From assembly GCA_051955255.1 (NCBI GenBank), contig JBQCGX010000158.1, positions 31,723 through 95,722 of the forward strand: a DNA stretch of 64,000 nt, given 5' to 3'. The position numbers and the translations under genes were made by a program. Within the stretch, counting starts at the first letter, position 1; each line of letters opens with the position of its first letter. The stretch comes from Agriterribacter sp. (GTDB lineage Bacteria; Bacteroidota; Bacteroidia; Chitinophagales; Chitinophagaceae). The notes beneath the pieces were generated by a model that worked only from the letters and a program-made list of their open reading frames with translations, made no database searches and had not been told where the DNA came from. Positions 28,061 through 37,081 of the stretch are shown piece after piece.

Positions 28061-29977
28061 TTAATTAATCACATCAAAATCGCGGGTCACGGGCGATTGC
28101 GTAATTTCTCCAAATTCAAACTGCATTTCATTGAGCTTTTTATACAAGCCGTTTTTCGTCATCAGCTCTGTGTGTGTGCCGGCTTCCACTACAATTCCTT
28201 TATCAATTACAACTATTTTATCGGCATTGCGAATGGTGGATAAACGATGGGCTATTACAAAAGAGGTTCTTCCCTGCATCAGATTTTCGAGGGCCTCCTG
28301 TACCAGTTGTTCACTTTCGCTGTCGAGTGAGGAAGTAGCTTCATCGAGAATAAGAATGGCAGGGTCTTTTAAGATAGCTCTTGCAATCGCCACCCGTTGC
28401 CGTTGTCCGCCACTGAGTTTAATGCCGCGTTCGCCTACAATCGTATTGTATTGTTCAGGAAAGCCGGATATAAAATCGTGCGCATTTGCCTTGGTAGCAG
28501 CCGCTACAATTTCTTCGTCGCTGGCGCCTGGTTTGCCATACGCTATATTTTCTTTAATGCTGCCGCCAAACAGCATTACTTCTTGCGGAACCAATGCCAT
28601 CTGTAACCGAAGCTGCGACAAGGGAAACGAGGAGGCAGTTCGTTCATCAAAATAAATAGTTCCACTTTCAGGCGTATAAAATTGCAGCAGCAATGCAGCG
28701 ATGGTGCTCTTGCCTGCACCGCTGGGTCCCACTATTGCTATTTGCTGCCCGTTGGTAGCCGTCATCGACACATCTTTCAACACCTGCACATCTTTACGCG
28801 ATGGATAGCTGAAGGCAACATGATCAAATCTCACATTACCGCTCAGTTTAAAATTATGATCTGCCACCGGTTGCGTTAATTGCACCGCTTCGCTATCGCC
28901 TTTCAGAATTTCCCTGATGCTTTGCGTTGCGCCTAATGTTTTTTGCAACTGGCTAAACATATCGGCAAAGCCGGCAAACGTTCCACCTACAAAACCAGAA
29001 AACACTACAAACATTACCAGCGAGCCAAAAGTAAGCTCGCCGGTTTTGATCATATTGGCACCATACCATATTACAAAGGCAACGGCGCCGAATACACTAA
29101 AAATCATAAAGGCAATAAATGCGCCCCTATACCTTGCATTTGTAATAGATGTATTTACAGAAGCATAAATGCTTTTAACGTACCGCCCAATTTCAAAAAA
29201 TTCGCTGGTAAACGCTTTCACTACTGTTATGCCCTGGAAGGTTTCATTTACAATAGTGCCGCTTTCGGCCAACTGATCCTGCGCCTTTGCCGACATTTTG
29301 CGAATGCGTTTTCCAAATACCACAGCGAGTATGGCAATGACGGGCACAATACTCAGCATTACCAACGCCAGCTTTGCCTTGATCCAGAAAATAAACACCA
29401 ATCCTATCAGCATCGTAAATATGCCACGCAGAAATTCTGCCAGTGTAAAAGAAACCGCATCCTGTATTTGCGACAGATCGGATGAGATGCGATTGCTTAG
29501 TTCACCTACTCTCTTTTCGGCAAAAAAAGTCATAGGCATTGAAATGAGCTTGCTGTATACATCTTTGCGCATATCTGCCAGCGAATGTTCGCCTACATAG
29601 GTGAGTAAGTATACACGCATGTAAGAGAAAAATGTTTGGGCCGCCAGCTGCAGAAAAATAAGCAGCAAAGTAGTATTAAGACTCCAGTGAATATCGTTCA
29701 GGTTAATACCCAAACCAGCCGTAGCGGTTGGGTTAGTCGTTGCACTCGCTCCTGCCGGCGCAGCCGCATCTATCATTTTGCCGAGAAAAAGGGGAAAAAG
29801 GCTGGTAGTAAATGCAGAAAGTGCGATGAATATCAAACTTCCAAAAAACTGAACTCTATAGGGTTTGATGTAGGAAAACAGCACTAAAGCCTGTTTCAGA
29901 TTCTCCCTGGATATTTTTGCCTTAGGCGATTCTTCGCCTCTTTCTTTGCCGGTGTACCGCCCTTTACGTTCTGCCAT
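28061..29977 (-). CDS. ABC transporter permease/ATP-binding fusion (MsbA-like exporter)
   Basis: The track ORF extends to 30067, and the probable start is MAERKGRY. It has a six-TM domain followed by the NBD motifs GPSGAGKST, LSGGQRQR and ILILDEATSSLD. Confidence 0.9.
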   Translation of the reverse strand: MAERKGRYTGKERGEESPKAKISRENLKQALVLFSYIKPYRVQFFGSLIFIALSAFTTSLFPLFLGKMIDAAAPAGASATTNPTATAGLGINLNDIHWSLNTTLLLIFLQLAAQTFFSYMRVYLLTYVGEHSLADMRKDVYSKLISMPMTFFAEKRVGELSNRISSDLSQIQDAVSFTLAEFLRGIFTMLIGLVFIFWIKAKLALVMLSIVPVIAILAVVFGKRIRKMSAKAQDQLAESGTIVNETFQGITVVKAFTSEFFEIGRYVKSIYASVNTSITNARYRGAFIAFMIFSVFGAVAFVIWYGANMIKTGELTFGSLVMFVVFSGFVGGTFAGFADMFSQLQKTLGATQSIREILKGDSEAVQLTQPVADHNFKLSGNVRFDHVAFSYPSRKDVQVLKDVSMTATNGQQIAIVGPSGAGKSTIAALLLQFYTPESGTIYFDERTASSFPLSQLRLQMALVPQEVMLFGGSIKENIAYGKPGASDEEIVAAATKANAHDFISGFPEQYNTIVGERGIKLSGGQRQRVAIARAILKDPAILILDEATSSLDSESEQLVQEALENLMQGRTSFVIAHRLSTIRNADKIVVIDKGIVVEAGTHTELMTKNGLYKKLNEMQFEFGEITQSPVTRDFDVIN

Positions 29978-30086
29978 AAAAGCCAAATATCCTGCGAAGA
30001 TACGTGGAACAAGAAGCAAATGAAAAGAAGCAAGAAACAAATAACAAGATCCAAATAGCAAGAACAAGATCTAACAGCAACAATCG

Positions 30087-31214
30087 TTAATGTTCTTTTT
30101 TCATCCAGTTTACATTTCTTGCGGCGAGGTATTGCAGCATGTGATCGAAACAGGCTTTATCGTTTCCCACTTTTTCCGGCGGAAAAACACCTTTACGTGT
30201 GAATAATTTACTGGCAATTAAATGAACGGCCGCCGAACAGGTGTAACCTGTAGACCGTGCCATGGAAGTGGTTTGCGTATGCACATCATAACGGTCGAGC
30301 AGATTGTACTCAACAGTTTTTTGCACGCCATTCTTCTCCCCCTGCACAATAATTCTCATTACAGTAAACTCTTCTTCGCCGGGCTGCAACTTCCATTCTT
30401 TAAAAAGAATTTGAGTCGAAAATGCAAGTGGAGATATTTCGGCGTTGTCTACAGTTACAGGATCGGCGCTGAAAAAGCCGCTCCGCCGCAACGCGATAAT
30501 CAACTCGCAGTGCCCGGGATAGCGAAGGGTTTTCTCCTTCATGTTCGGAATATGATCCATTGTGTACAATATGGAGCGCAACCCATCTGTGTTAAACGAT
30601 TCGAGCGTGCCTATTTCGTCGAACTCCATTAATTCTATTTCGGTCAATGCAGGCTTTGTAACTATTTGTCCGTTCTCTTTTAATCGTGCAGGACGTGTGT
30701 ATTCTTCTATCACATCTATAGGAGAAAAAGGAGCCTTGTATTCAAAGGGCTTCTTCCGTTGTTTAGGCAATCCCCCTACGTAACATTCAAAGTTATGAAT
30801 GGTCATTTCCTCATTATACCTGCCTAGTACCAGGTTGCTCATACCGGGCGCTACGCCGCAGTCAACTATAGCCGTAACGTTGTGTTGTTTTGCCCAATCG
30901 TCCATTTGCAGCATATCTTCCGGCGAAAACGAAATATCTACCACATCTTTTCCTGCTGCAATTACATGCCTGAGCGTTTCATATCCCATAAAGCCGGGCA
31001 CGGCAGTTACTATCAGATCAAAGCCCGCTAACAGTGTTTTATACCCGCTGGTATCTGCAAGGTCATATTGCTGGACGGCAATCTTCTTATTAGCAGCAGC
31101 AAGCCTGTTCAAAGACTCCTGGCTTCTGTCAATAGATGTAACCTCAAACGCTCCTGCAAGATCTGCAGCAATCGCTCCACCTACCATTCCCGCACCTAAA
31201 ACAGCAATTTTCAT
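30087..31214 (-). CDS. Saccharopine dehydrogenase family protein
   Basis: The track ORF extends to 31325, and the probable start is MKIAVLGAGMVGGAIA (Rossmann motif). The C-terminal Sacchrp_dh domain pattern is present. Confidence 0.85.
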   Translation of the reverse strand: MKIAVLGAGMVGGAIAADLAGAFEVTSIDRSQESLNRLAAANKKIAVQQYDLADTSGYKTLLAGFDLIVTAVPGFMGYETLRHVIAAGKDVVDISFSPEDMLQMDDWAKQHNVTAIVDCGVAPGMSNLVLGRYNEEMTIHNFECYVGGLPKQRKKPFEYKAPFSPIDVIEEYTRPARLKENGQIVTKPALTEIELMEFDEIGTLESFNTDGLRSILYTMDHIPNMKEKTLRYPGHCELIIALRRSGFFSADPVTVDNAEISPLAFSTQILFKEWKLQPGEEEFTVMRIIVQGEKNGVQKTVEYNLLDRYDVHTQTTSMARSTGYTCSAAVHLIASKLFTRKGVFPPEKVGNDKACFDHMLQYLAARNVNWMKKEH

Positions 31215-31369
31215 TTTAACAATTTTAAAGGTGGCAAAGATATTAATAAGGTGTAAGGTAAAAGGTGTAAGGCGAAAGTTTATCGCTTTTGTAAGTAAAC
31301 AGGCAGCCCGCCGGGCAATAATCATCGGCGAAAGCCAATAAATCTCTACCTTGGCAATTTGCTAGAAAT

Positions 31370-31924
31370 ATGACGTCATTGAAAAAAATAGTCATTATCG
31401 GTCCTGAGTCAACCGGAAAAAGTACCCTATGCGAACAGTTGGCCCAACATTATCAAACCATCTGGTGCCGCGAGTATGCACGGGAGTATTTATTACAACA
31501 CGGTACCAATTATAGTTTTGATGACCTGCTGACCATTGCAAAGGGGCAGCTTGCGCTGGAAGAAAGCACCAGCAGAACAGCCATTAAAAATGGCCATCCT
31601 TTGCTGTTTATAGACACAGATATGTATGTGATGAAAGTTTGGTGCGAATTTGTTTTTGAGAAGTGCCACAACTGGATACTGGAGCAGGTGGTAAAGCAAC
31701 AATACGATCTTTACCTGTTGTGCAATACGGACCTTCCCTGGGTAAAAGATGAGTTGAGAGAATACCCCGATCTTGTTTCGCGCCAAAAGCTTTACAATAT
31801 CTATAAAGACATTATGATCAACCAGTCTACTCCGTGGGTTGATATCAGCGGCGATTATCAGCAAAGATTTGAAATTGCAAAGCAGGCGGCCGATCAGCTT
31901 TCAGCGATCAGCCATCAGCTATGA
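31370..31924 (+). CDS. NadR-type ribosylnicotinamide-kinase-like P-loop ATPase
   Basis: 184 aa with IIGPESTGKSTL, REYAREYL, FIDTD and the DLPWVKDELR pattern, as in the NadR C-terminal domain. The last ~11 codons run into a low-complexity repeat. Confidence 0.7.
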   Translation: MTSLKKIVIIGPESTGKSTLCEQLAQHYQTIWCREYAREYLLQHGTNYSFDDLLTIAKGQLALEESTSRTAIKNGHPLLFIDTDMYVMKVWCEFVFEKCHNWILEQVVKQQYDLYLLCNTDLPWVKDELREYPDLVSRQKLYNIYKDIMINQSTPWVDISGDYQQRFEIAKQAADQLSAISHQL

Positions 31925-32012
31925 GCCATCAGCTATTCAGTTCCTTCCCTTCCACCTTATACCCTACTCCTTCTACCTTACACCCTATACCTTCCACCCT
32001 ACACCTCATTCC
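31892..32012. repeat. Low-complexity module pair: CAGC-periodic block followed by a CCTTATACCCTAC-type pyrimidine-rich block
   Basis: GATCAGCTTTCAGCGATCAGCCATCAGCTATGAGCCATCAGCTATTCAG followed by TTCCTTCCCTTCCACCTTATACCCTACTCCTTCTACCTTACACCCTATACCTTCCACCCTACACCTC. Reverse-complement-related blocks occur at 62181-62337. Confidence 0.6.
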
Positions 32013-32054
32013 TTTTTTGTTTTTTCCATTTGCTACCACCATCTTTGCAGCGTA

Positions 32055-32265
32055 TTTGGTTGACGCCACGGCGTCATTAAAAGGGAAGTCCGGTGCAAAT
32101 CCGGCGCTATCCCCGTAGCTGTAAGGTGGTGAATGTGTGAGCAGTAACATTGCAATGCTCATCTTCACTTTACTGAATCTTCGTACCACTGTCGCGCTTT
32201 GGCGCGACGGGAAGGTGTTCAGTCATCACTAAGCCAGAAGACCTGCCATAATACGGTTATTTATC
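32055..32265 (+). promoter_or_regulatory. Cobalamin riboswitch in the btuB-like receptor leader
   Basis: ATTAAAAGGGAAGTCCGGTGCAAATCCGGCGCTATCCCCGTAGCTGTAAGG ... GGGAAGGTGTTCAGT ... TAAGCCAGAAGACCTGCCATAA. The core is almost identical to that of the nrd copy. Confidence 0.85.
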
Positions 32266-32377
32266 AAGAGGCTTTCGGGTGAAAGGCCGGAGATGAAAAT
32301 GCCTCGTGCACAGGTATCTTAATTTCCCGCTCACTCTATTGCTTATTTTCTACTTTAAACATCCTTCGGGACAAAAA

Positions 32378-34264
32378 ATGAACATCAGAAATTTCGCATG
32401 TGCAACCGTGCTATCATTGTTTAGTAGCGCAGCAATAGCGCAGGAAGACACTGCCAGAACTACCTCTTTAAATGAAATTGTAATTACTGCTACAAGATTT
32501 CCCAAAAAAGTAAGTGAAACGGGGAAAGTAGTGAATGTGATAGGGAAAAAAGACATAGAACATAGCGCAGGAAAAGACCTGGCACAAGTGCTGAACGAGC
32601 AGGCTGGTCTTCTTATCAACAGCGCTTACAGCAATCCCGGGAAAGACAAAAGTATTTTTTTAAGAGGTGCAAAAGCCGACTACACCGTTATACTCATCAA
32701 TGGCGTACCCGTTAGCGATCCATCCGGTGCAGGCGGCGCTTTCGATATCAGGCTGTTCCCTGTTGACCAGATAGAAAGAATAGAAATACTGAAAGGCGCG
32801 CAGTCTACATTGTATGGTTCAGATGCCATTGCGGGAATCATAAACATTATTACCAAAAAGAGTGCAGATAAACCAGCCAACGTATATGGAGGATTGTCGC
32901 TGGGCAGCTTCAGCACATTAAAAGCAAATGCCGGCATTAGTGGCTCGGCCGAGGGTGCATCGTATAACATTGGATTTACGCATTTCAAAACAAATGGCTT
33001 TTCAGAAGCAGAAGATACCACAAGCGCCAAAAGTTTTGATAAAGACGGGTTTACACAAAATGCATTCAACAGCGATTTTGATGTACGTGTTGCAAAGGGG
33101 CTGCACATCAAACCGTATTTCCGCTACTCTTATTTTAAGGGAGATTACGATGGTGGCTCTTTTACAGATGGCGATGGCAAGTATACAGCACAACTGCTTA
33201 CGACCGGTTCGCAGGCGCAGTACAGTTTTTCAAAGGGATCGGTTACTGCTTTTTATGATTACGATGAAATAAACCGGCGTTTTTCAGATGCTTACGGGGT
33301 ATATCCGTATGCGGGCACAAAGCATACACTGGAAGCATACGGCAATTATTCTATCGGGAATCATATCCAGTTGCTGGGAGGCATCCATTATAACAAACAA
33401 AAAATGAACGACACCACCGCTTCTCCTAAAAATCCAACAGCGGAGCTCACCAGCCCCTATCTGGCTTTCTTCCTGCGCAACCTGGGCGGATTTAATCTTG
33501 AATTGGGAGGACGTTACAACAAGCATTCCAAATACGGCGAGAATTTTACGTACAGCATCAACCCTTCCTACACGATCAGCAAAACCGTAAAAATATTTGC
33601 GAATTATGCAACGGCTTTCAAAGCACCGTCGCTTACCTCTCTGTATGGCATGTATGGTTCCAATCCGGATCTTAAGCCAGAAGAATCATCCACACTTGAA
33701 GGTGGCATACAGGCAAGCCTTGGCAAACTGCTGGACATAAGGGCAGTTTATTTTACAAGAGAAATTGAAAATGTAATTATATATGGCCCCAATTATCAGC
33801 AGGTCAATCTTGACAGACAAAAAGATCATGGCTTTGAAATTGAGCCAACGCTGTATATTAATAAAGCCCTCACCGTTAAATTGTTTTATGCTTATGTAGA
33901 TGGAGAAGTGACCACACAGAATAACGGCAAAGATTCCACTTACGCTAACCTCATACGTCGCCCTAAGCATAGTTTTGGCGCCAACATTGGCTACCAGGTT
34001 ACGCCGCAATTTTTTGTAAGCACGCAAATAAGCAATTACTCAAAACGAGGTGATCTTTTTTACGACATGAACACTTTTTCGCAACGGCCGGTTACCCTCG
34101 CCGCTTATACCTTGTGGAATGCGTATGCTGAATATGCATTTATTGGTAACCGCATTAAGCTATTCGCCGATGTGAAAAACATTACCAATAGCAGGTTTAC
34201 TGAAATATACGGCTATAGCAGCATGCGCTTTAATATAACAGGAGGGCTTCGTCTGTCGCTTTAA
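32378..34264 (+). CDS. btuB: TonB-dependent outer-membrane receptor, vitamin B12 transporter-like
   Basis: The track ORF starts at GTG 32306, so the ATG at 32378 (MNIRNFACATVLSLFSSAAIAQ, signal peptide) is preferred. It has a TonB box/plug (EIVITATR, IERIEILKGAQSTLYGSDAIAGIINI) and a C-terminal barrel ending in an aromatic region. It lies directly downstream of a cobalamin riboswitch. Confidence 0.85.
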   Translation: MNIRNFACATVLSLFSSAAIAQEDTARTTSLNEIVITATRFPKKVSETGKVVNVIGKKDIEHSAGKDLAQVLNEQAGLLINSAYSNPGKDKSIFLRGAKADYTVILINGVPVSDPSGAGGAFDIRLFPVDQIERIEILKGAQSTLYGSDAIAGIINIITKKSADKPANVYGGLSLGSFSTLKANAGISGSAEGASYNIGFTHFKTNGFSEAEDTTSAKSFDKDGFTQNAFNSDFDVRVAKGLHIKPYFRYSYFKGDYDGGSFTDGDGKYTAQLLTTGSQAQYSFSKGSVTAFYDYDEINRRFSDAYGVYPYAGTKHTLEAYGNYSIGNHIQLLGGIHYNKQKMNDTTASPKNPTAELTSPYLAFFLRNLGGFNLELGGRYNKHSKYGENFTYSINPSYTISKTVKIFANYATAFKAPSLTSLYGMYGSNPDLKPEESSTLEGGIQASLGKLLDIRAVYFTREIENVIIYGPNYQQVNLDRQKDHGFEIEPTLYINKALTVKLFYAYVDGEVTTQNNGKDSTYANLIRRPKHSFGANIGYQVTPQFFVSTQISNYSKRGDLFYDMNTFSQRPVTLAAYTLWNAYAEYAFIGNRIKLFADVKNITNSRFTEIYGYSSMRFNITGGLRLSL

Positions 34265-34309
34265 AAACCCCTCCTGAGTTTTCTCTGAAACCAGTAGTTC
34301 CGATCTTCA

Positions 34310-34360
34310 GCCGTCTGGCGGTTTGCTACATTAGCCAAACTGCCAGGCGGCCGATCTTTT
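34310..34360 (+). terminator. Possible terminator after the btuB-like gene
   Basis: GCCGTCTGGCGGTTTG ... CAAACTGCCAGGCGGC is a 16-bp stem with 2 mismatches, followed by CGATCTTTT. Confidence 0.4.
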
Positions 34361-34595
34361 GCAAACATTTTTGTTGTGGGATGATCATTACTGTTATATC
34401 AGCAGCAGCACAAATGTTGGTGGATAACGTTTTTCAGAATATTATTGCAGATCGTAAAAGCCCGAATGGAACGCATCGCAAAATAATCGGCTTAAAAAGC
34501 TGTACAATGCAGGCGCTTCCTGCCACCATGAATGAATTCCTGGTCAGGCATTAGTCAAAAAAATCGCAGCGAAGCTGCAAACAAAAAATTTTCGA

Positions 34596-35840
34596 ATGAA
34601 AAGAGTAGCTATAACCGGAATGGGAGTAATTAGTCCTTTAGGTAATACCGTAAATGAATTTTGGGAAAATATAGCAAATGGAAAAAGCGGGGCCGGCCCG
34701 ATCACCAAATTTGATGCTTCCAAGTTTAAGACAAGATTTGCCTGCGAAGTAAAGAATTTCAATCCTGAAGCATATATCGACAAAAAAGAACTTAAAAAAT
34801 TCGACCTGTTCACTCAATACGCTATTGCTGCAAGCGACCAGGCTATTAAAGATGCAGGATTAGATTTTACAGCAATGAATGATGAGCAGCTTGCGGAAGT
34901 AGGAGTAATATGGGCATCGGGCAACGGCGGCATCGGCACTTTTGAAGAACAGTTGAGGGAATACCACACCGGCGACGGCACACCACGCTTTAACCCATAC
35001 TTCATTCCTAAAATGATTGTTGACATTGCAGCAGGCGTTATTTCAATAAGGCATAAACTGCAGGGTCCTAACTACTGCACGGTGTCGGCATGCGCTTCCT
35101 CCAACACAGCAGTCATCAGCGCTTTCGACACCATCAGGCTTGGCAAAGCAACGATCATGGTAGCAGGTGGGTCTGAAGCCGCCATCACGCCTTCGTCGGT
35201 GGGCGGATTCGGAGCAGCGCAGGCACTATCCAAACACAACGATGAGCCACAAAAAGCTTCCCGTCCGTTCGATAAAAACCGGGATGGTTTTGTAGTAGGC
35301 GAAGGCGGAGGTGCATTGATACTGGAAGAATGGGAGCATGCAATAAAAAGGGGCGCCACCATTCATGCGGAACTGGTAGGTGGCGGTATGGCTGCCGATG
35401 CCTATCATTTAACCGGCACACCTCCCGATGGCTCGGGCGCAGCATTGGGCGTTGCCAAAGCATTAAAAGAAGCGCAGGTAGCCCTGGAAAAAATTGGTTA
35501 TGTGAATGCCCACGCTACATCAACTGGTTTGGGTGACATGAGCGAACTGCAAGGCATCAAAAAAGTTTTTGGACAGGTGCCCGTTACCGTGAGTGCCACC
35601 AAATCGATGACGGGGCATTTGTTGGGTGCAGCCGGCGCAGTAGAAAGCATCATCAGCATTCTTTCGCTTAAGCATGGCATTATACCCGCCACCATTAATA
35701 CCGAAACGCTTGACGAAAAAGTACCCGAAGGCGTTGAGATCGTCACCGGAAAGGCAGTAAAACGCCCGATTGAATATGTGATAAACAATACGTTTGGATT
35801 CGGTGGACATACAGCAACGTCTATATTTAAGAAAGCATAA
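34596..35840 (+). CDS. fabF: Beta-ketoacyl-ACP synthase II
   Basis: 414 aa with the active-site ACASS (Cys), the HATST and GHLLGAAG (His-His) motifs, and the N-terminal KRVAITGMGVISPLG. Confidence 0.9.
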   Translation: MKRVAITGMGVISPLGNTVNEFWENIANGKSGAGPITKFDASKFKTRFACEVKNFNPEAYIDKKELKKFDLFTQYAIAASDQAIKDAGLDFTAMNDEQLAEVGVIWASGNGGIGTFEEQLREYHTGDGTPRFNPYFIPKMIVDIAAGVISIRHKLQGPNYCTVSACASSNTAVISAFDTIRLGKATIMVAGGSEAAITPSSVGGFGAAQALSKHNDEPQKASRPFDKNRDGFVVGEGGGALILEEWEHAIKRGATIHAELVGGGMAADAYHLTGTPPDGSGAALGVAKALKEAQVALEKIGYVNAHATSTGLGDMSELQGIKKVFGQVPVTVSATKSMTGHLLGAAGAVESIISILSLKHGIIPATINTETLDEKVPEGVEIVTGKAVKRPIEYVINNTFGFGGHTATSIFKKA

Positions 35841-35852
35841 AATAGTTTTATA

Positions 35853-35897
35853 GCTACAGATTCGCAGATGATACAGTTTAATCTGCGAATCTGCGGC
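35853..35897. repeat. REP-like palindrome, family GCAGATTCGCAGAT (copy 1)
   Basis: CAGATTCGCAGAT-gatacagttta-ATCTGCGAATCTG, a perfect 13-bp stem. Confidence 0.7.
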
Positions 35898-36102
35898 AAA
35901 AAATCCTACCAACCTCGTACAATTCAATCATTATTCACTGGCGCAGTTCTGATGGCATGGCTTTGCTGCGTTGCCAGACCTGTGTGTTGATTATTGCTTG
36001 ACTCAGACTTTTATTCGTGTTGGAGTACAAGTAAAGCTAATCACCGGTCAGCTAACGCCCAGGCCTTCGCGACAGACCGGCGCTAGTAGACAAACAGTTC
36101 TA

Positions 36103-36144
36103 GCCACAGATTCGCAGATGAGTTTAATTTGCGAAACCGCGGCA
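36103..36144. repeat. REP-like palindrome, family GCAGATTCGCAGAT (copy 2, degenerate)
   Basis: CACAGATTCGCAGATGAGTTTAATTTGCGAAACCGCGG. It lies in an ~85-bp direct repeat of the copy 1 region. Confidence 0.6.
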
Positions 36145-36151
36145 AAAAATC

Positions 36152-36544
36152 CTACCCCGCCTCATACAATTCAATAGGCAAACCATCAGGATCAGCGAAA
36201 AAGGTGAACTTCTTTTGAGTGAACTCATCTATTCGTATGGATTCTACCAGTACTCCTTTTTGTTCAAAGAATTTTTTGGCTGCCTCCACATTATCCGTTT
36301 TAAATGCAAGATGCCGCAGTCCGCAGGCTTCGGGGGTGGAGGGACGGGGTGGTGGTTCAGGAAATGAAAAAAGTTCTATGATATAATTGCCATTCAATGC
36401 AAGATCCAGCTTAAAAGATTTCCTGCTTTCTCTATACACTTCCCTCACAATGCTAAACCCTAGTATTTCAGTATAAAATCGTTTCGATTGTTCATAGTCA
36501 GAACAGATGATGGCGATGTGGTGTATGCCTTTCAAAATAGTCAT
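36152..36544 (-). CDS. VOC (glyoxalase/bleomycin-resistance/dioxygenase) family protein
   Basis: The track ORF extends to 36694, and the probable start is MTILKGIHHIAIICSDYEQSKRFY (typical VOC N-terminus). The C-terminus is DPDGLPIELYE. Confidence 0.8.
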   Translation of the reverse strand: MTILKGIHHIAIICSDYEQSKRFYTEILGFSIVREVYRESRKSFKLDLALNGNYIIELFSFPEPPPRPSTPEACGLRHLAFKTDNVEAAKKFFEQKGVLVESIRIDEFTQKKFTFFADPDGLPIELYEAG

Positions 36545-36647
36545 GCCTAAATGTACCACATTGTCGCAAACAACCCCCATATTGTCTCGATCGCCCATTA
36601 AGAAATGCTTTGCAACACAATAAGTTTGTACCATAAAATACAGCCAT

Positions 36648-37055
36648 ATGGAACAAATACGGATTGAAAACGATATCCCCGTGTACCGCATCAAAGCCAG
36701 TTCTTTTCCGGCGGGAATAAAGGCGGCTCACGAAAAAGTACACACGTTGTTTCCACACGATAAAGCAAGAAAGTATTATGGCATATCGCAAGGCGCAGGA
36801 GGCGGGCAGATCGTTTACTGGGCCGCAGTTTCGAAGCTGCCGGGAGAACCCGATCAAAAAGAGGTCGCCGAAAGTTTTGTTATCCGCAAAGGCAAATACA
36901 TCAGCATCTACATCAAAAACTGGATGCTGAAAGAAACCAGTGTGGCAGAAGCCTTTCACCGGTTGCTGCAATACGAGGGAATAGATATGAATGGTTATTG
37001 CCTGGAAGAGTATCCCAACGCAACGGATATCCGTTGCAGCGTTCCGTTATTATAA
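36648..37055 (+). CDS. Hypothetical protein, possibly GyrI-like/effector-binding fold
   Basis: 135-aa ORF divergent from the VOC gene. The coding potential looks normal and the function call is weak. Confidence 0.45.
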   Translation: MEQIRIENDIPVYRIKASSFPAGIKAAHEKVHTLFPHDKARKYYGISQGAGGGQIVYWAAVSKLPGEPDQKEVAESFVIRKGKYISIYIKNWMLKETSVAEAFHRLLQYEGIDMNGYCLEEYPNATDIRCSVPLL

Positions 37056-37081
37056 TTAATTTTCAATTAAAATCTACATAC

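Noticed and set aside
31839-32189. ORFs 31839-32063, 31921-32118 (plus) and 31929-32189 (minus)
   Set aside because: They run through the low-complexity pyrimidine/purine repeat and into the cobalamin riboswitch. Their proline/serine/threonine-rich periodic translation reflects the DNA repeat.
34381-34557. 58-codon ORF upstream of fabF as a candidate acyl carrier protein
   Set aside because: It lacks the conserved DSLD/T phosphopantetheine attachment motif and the acidic helical character of ACP. It is probably non-coding.
35971-36177. 68-aa plus-strand ORF between fabF and the VOC gene
   Set aside because: It spans the spacer between two direct-repeat units and a REP hairpin, and it overlaps the VOC gene 3' end on the other strand. 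It has no motifs.
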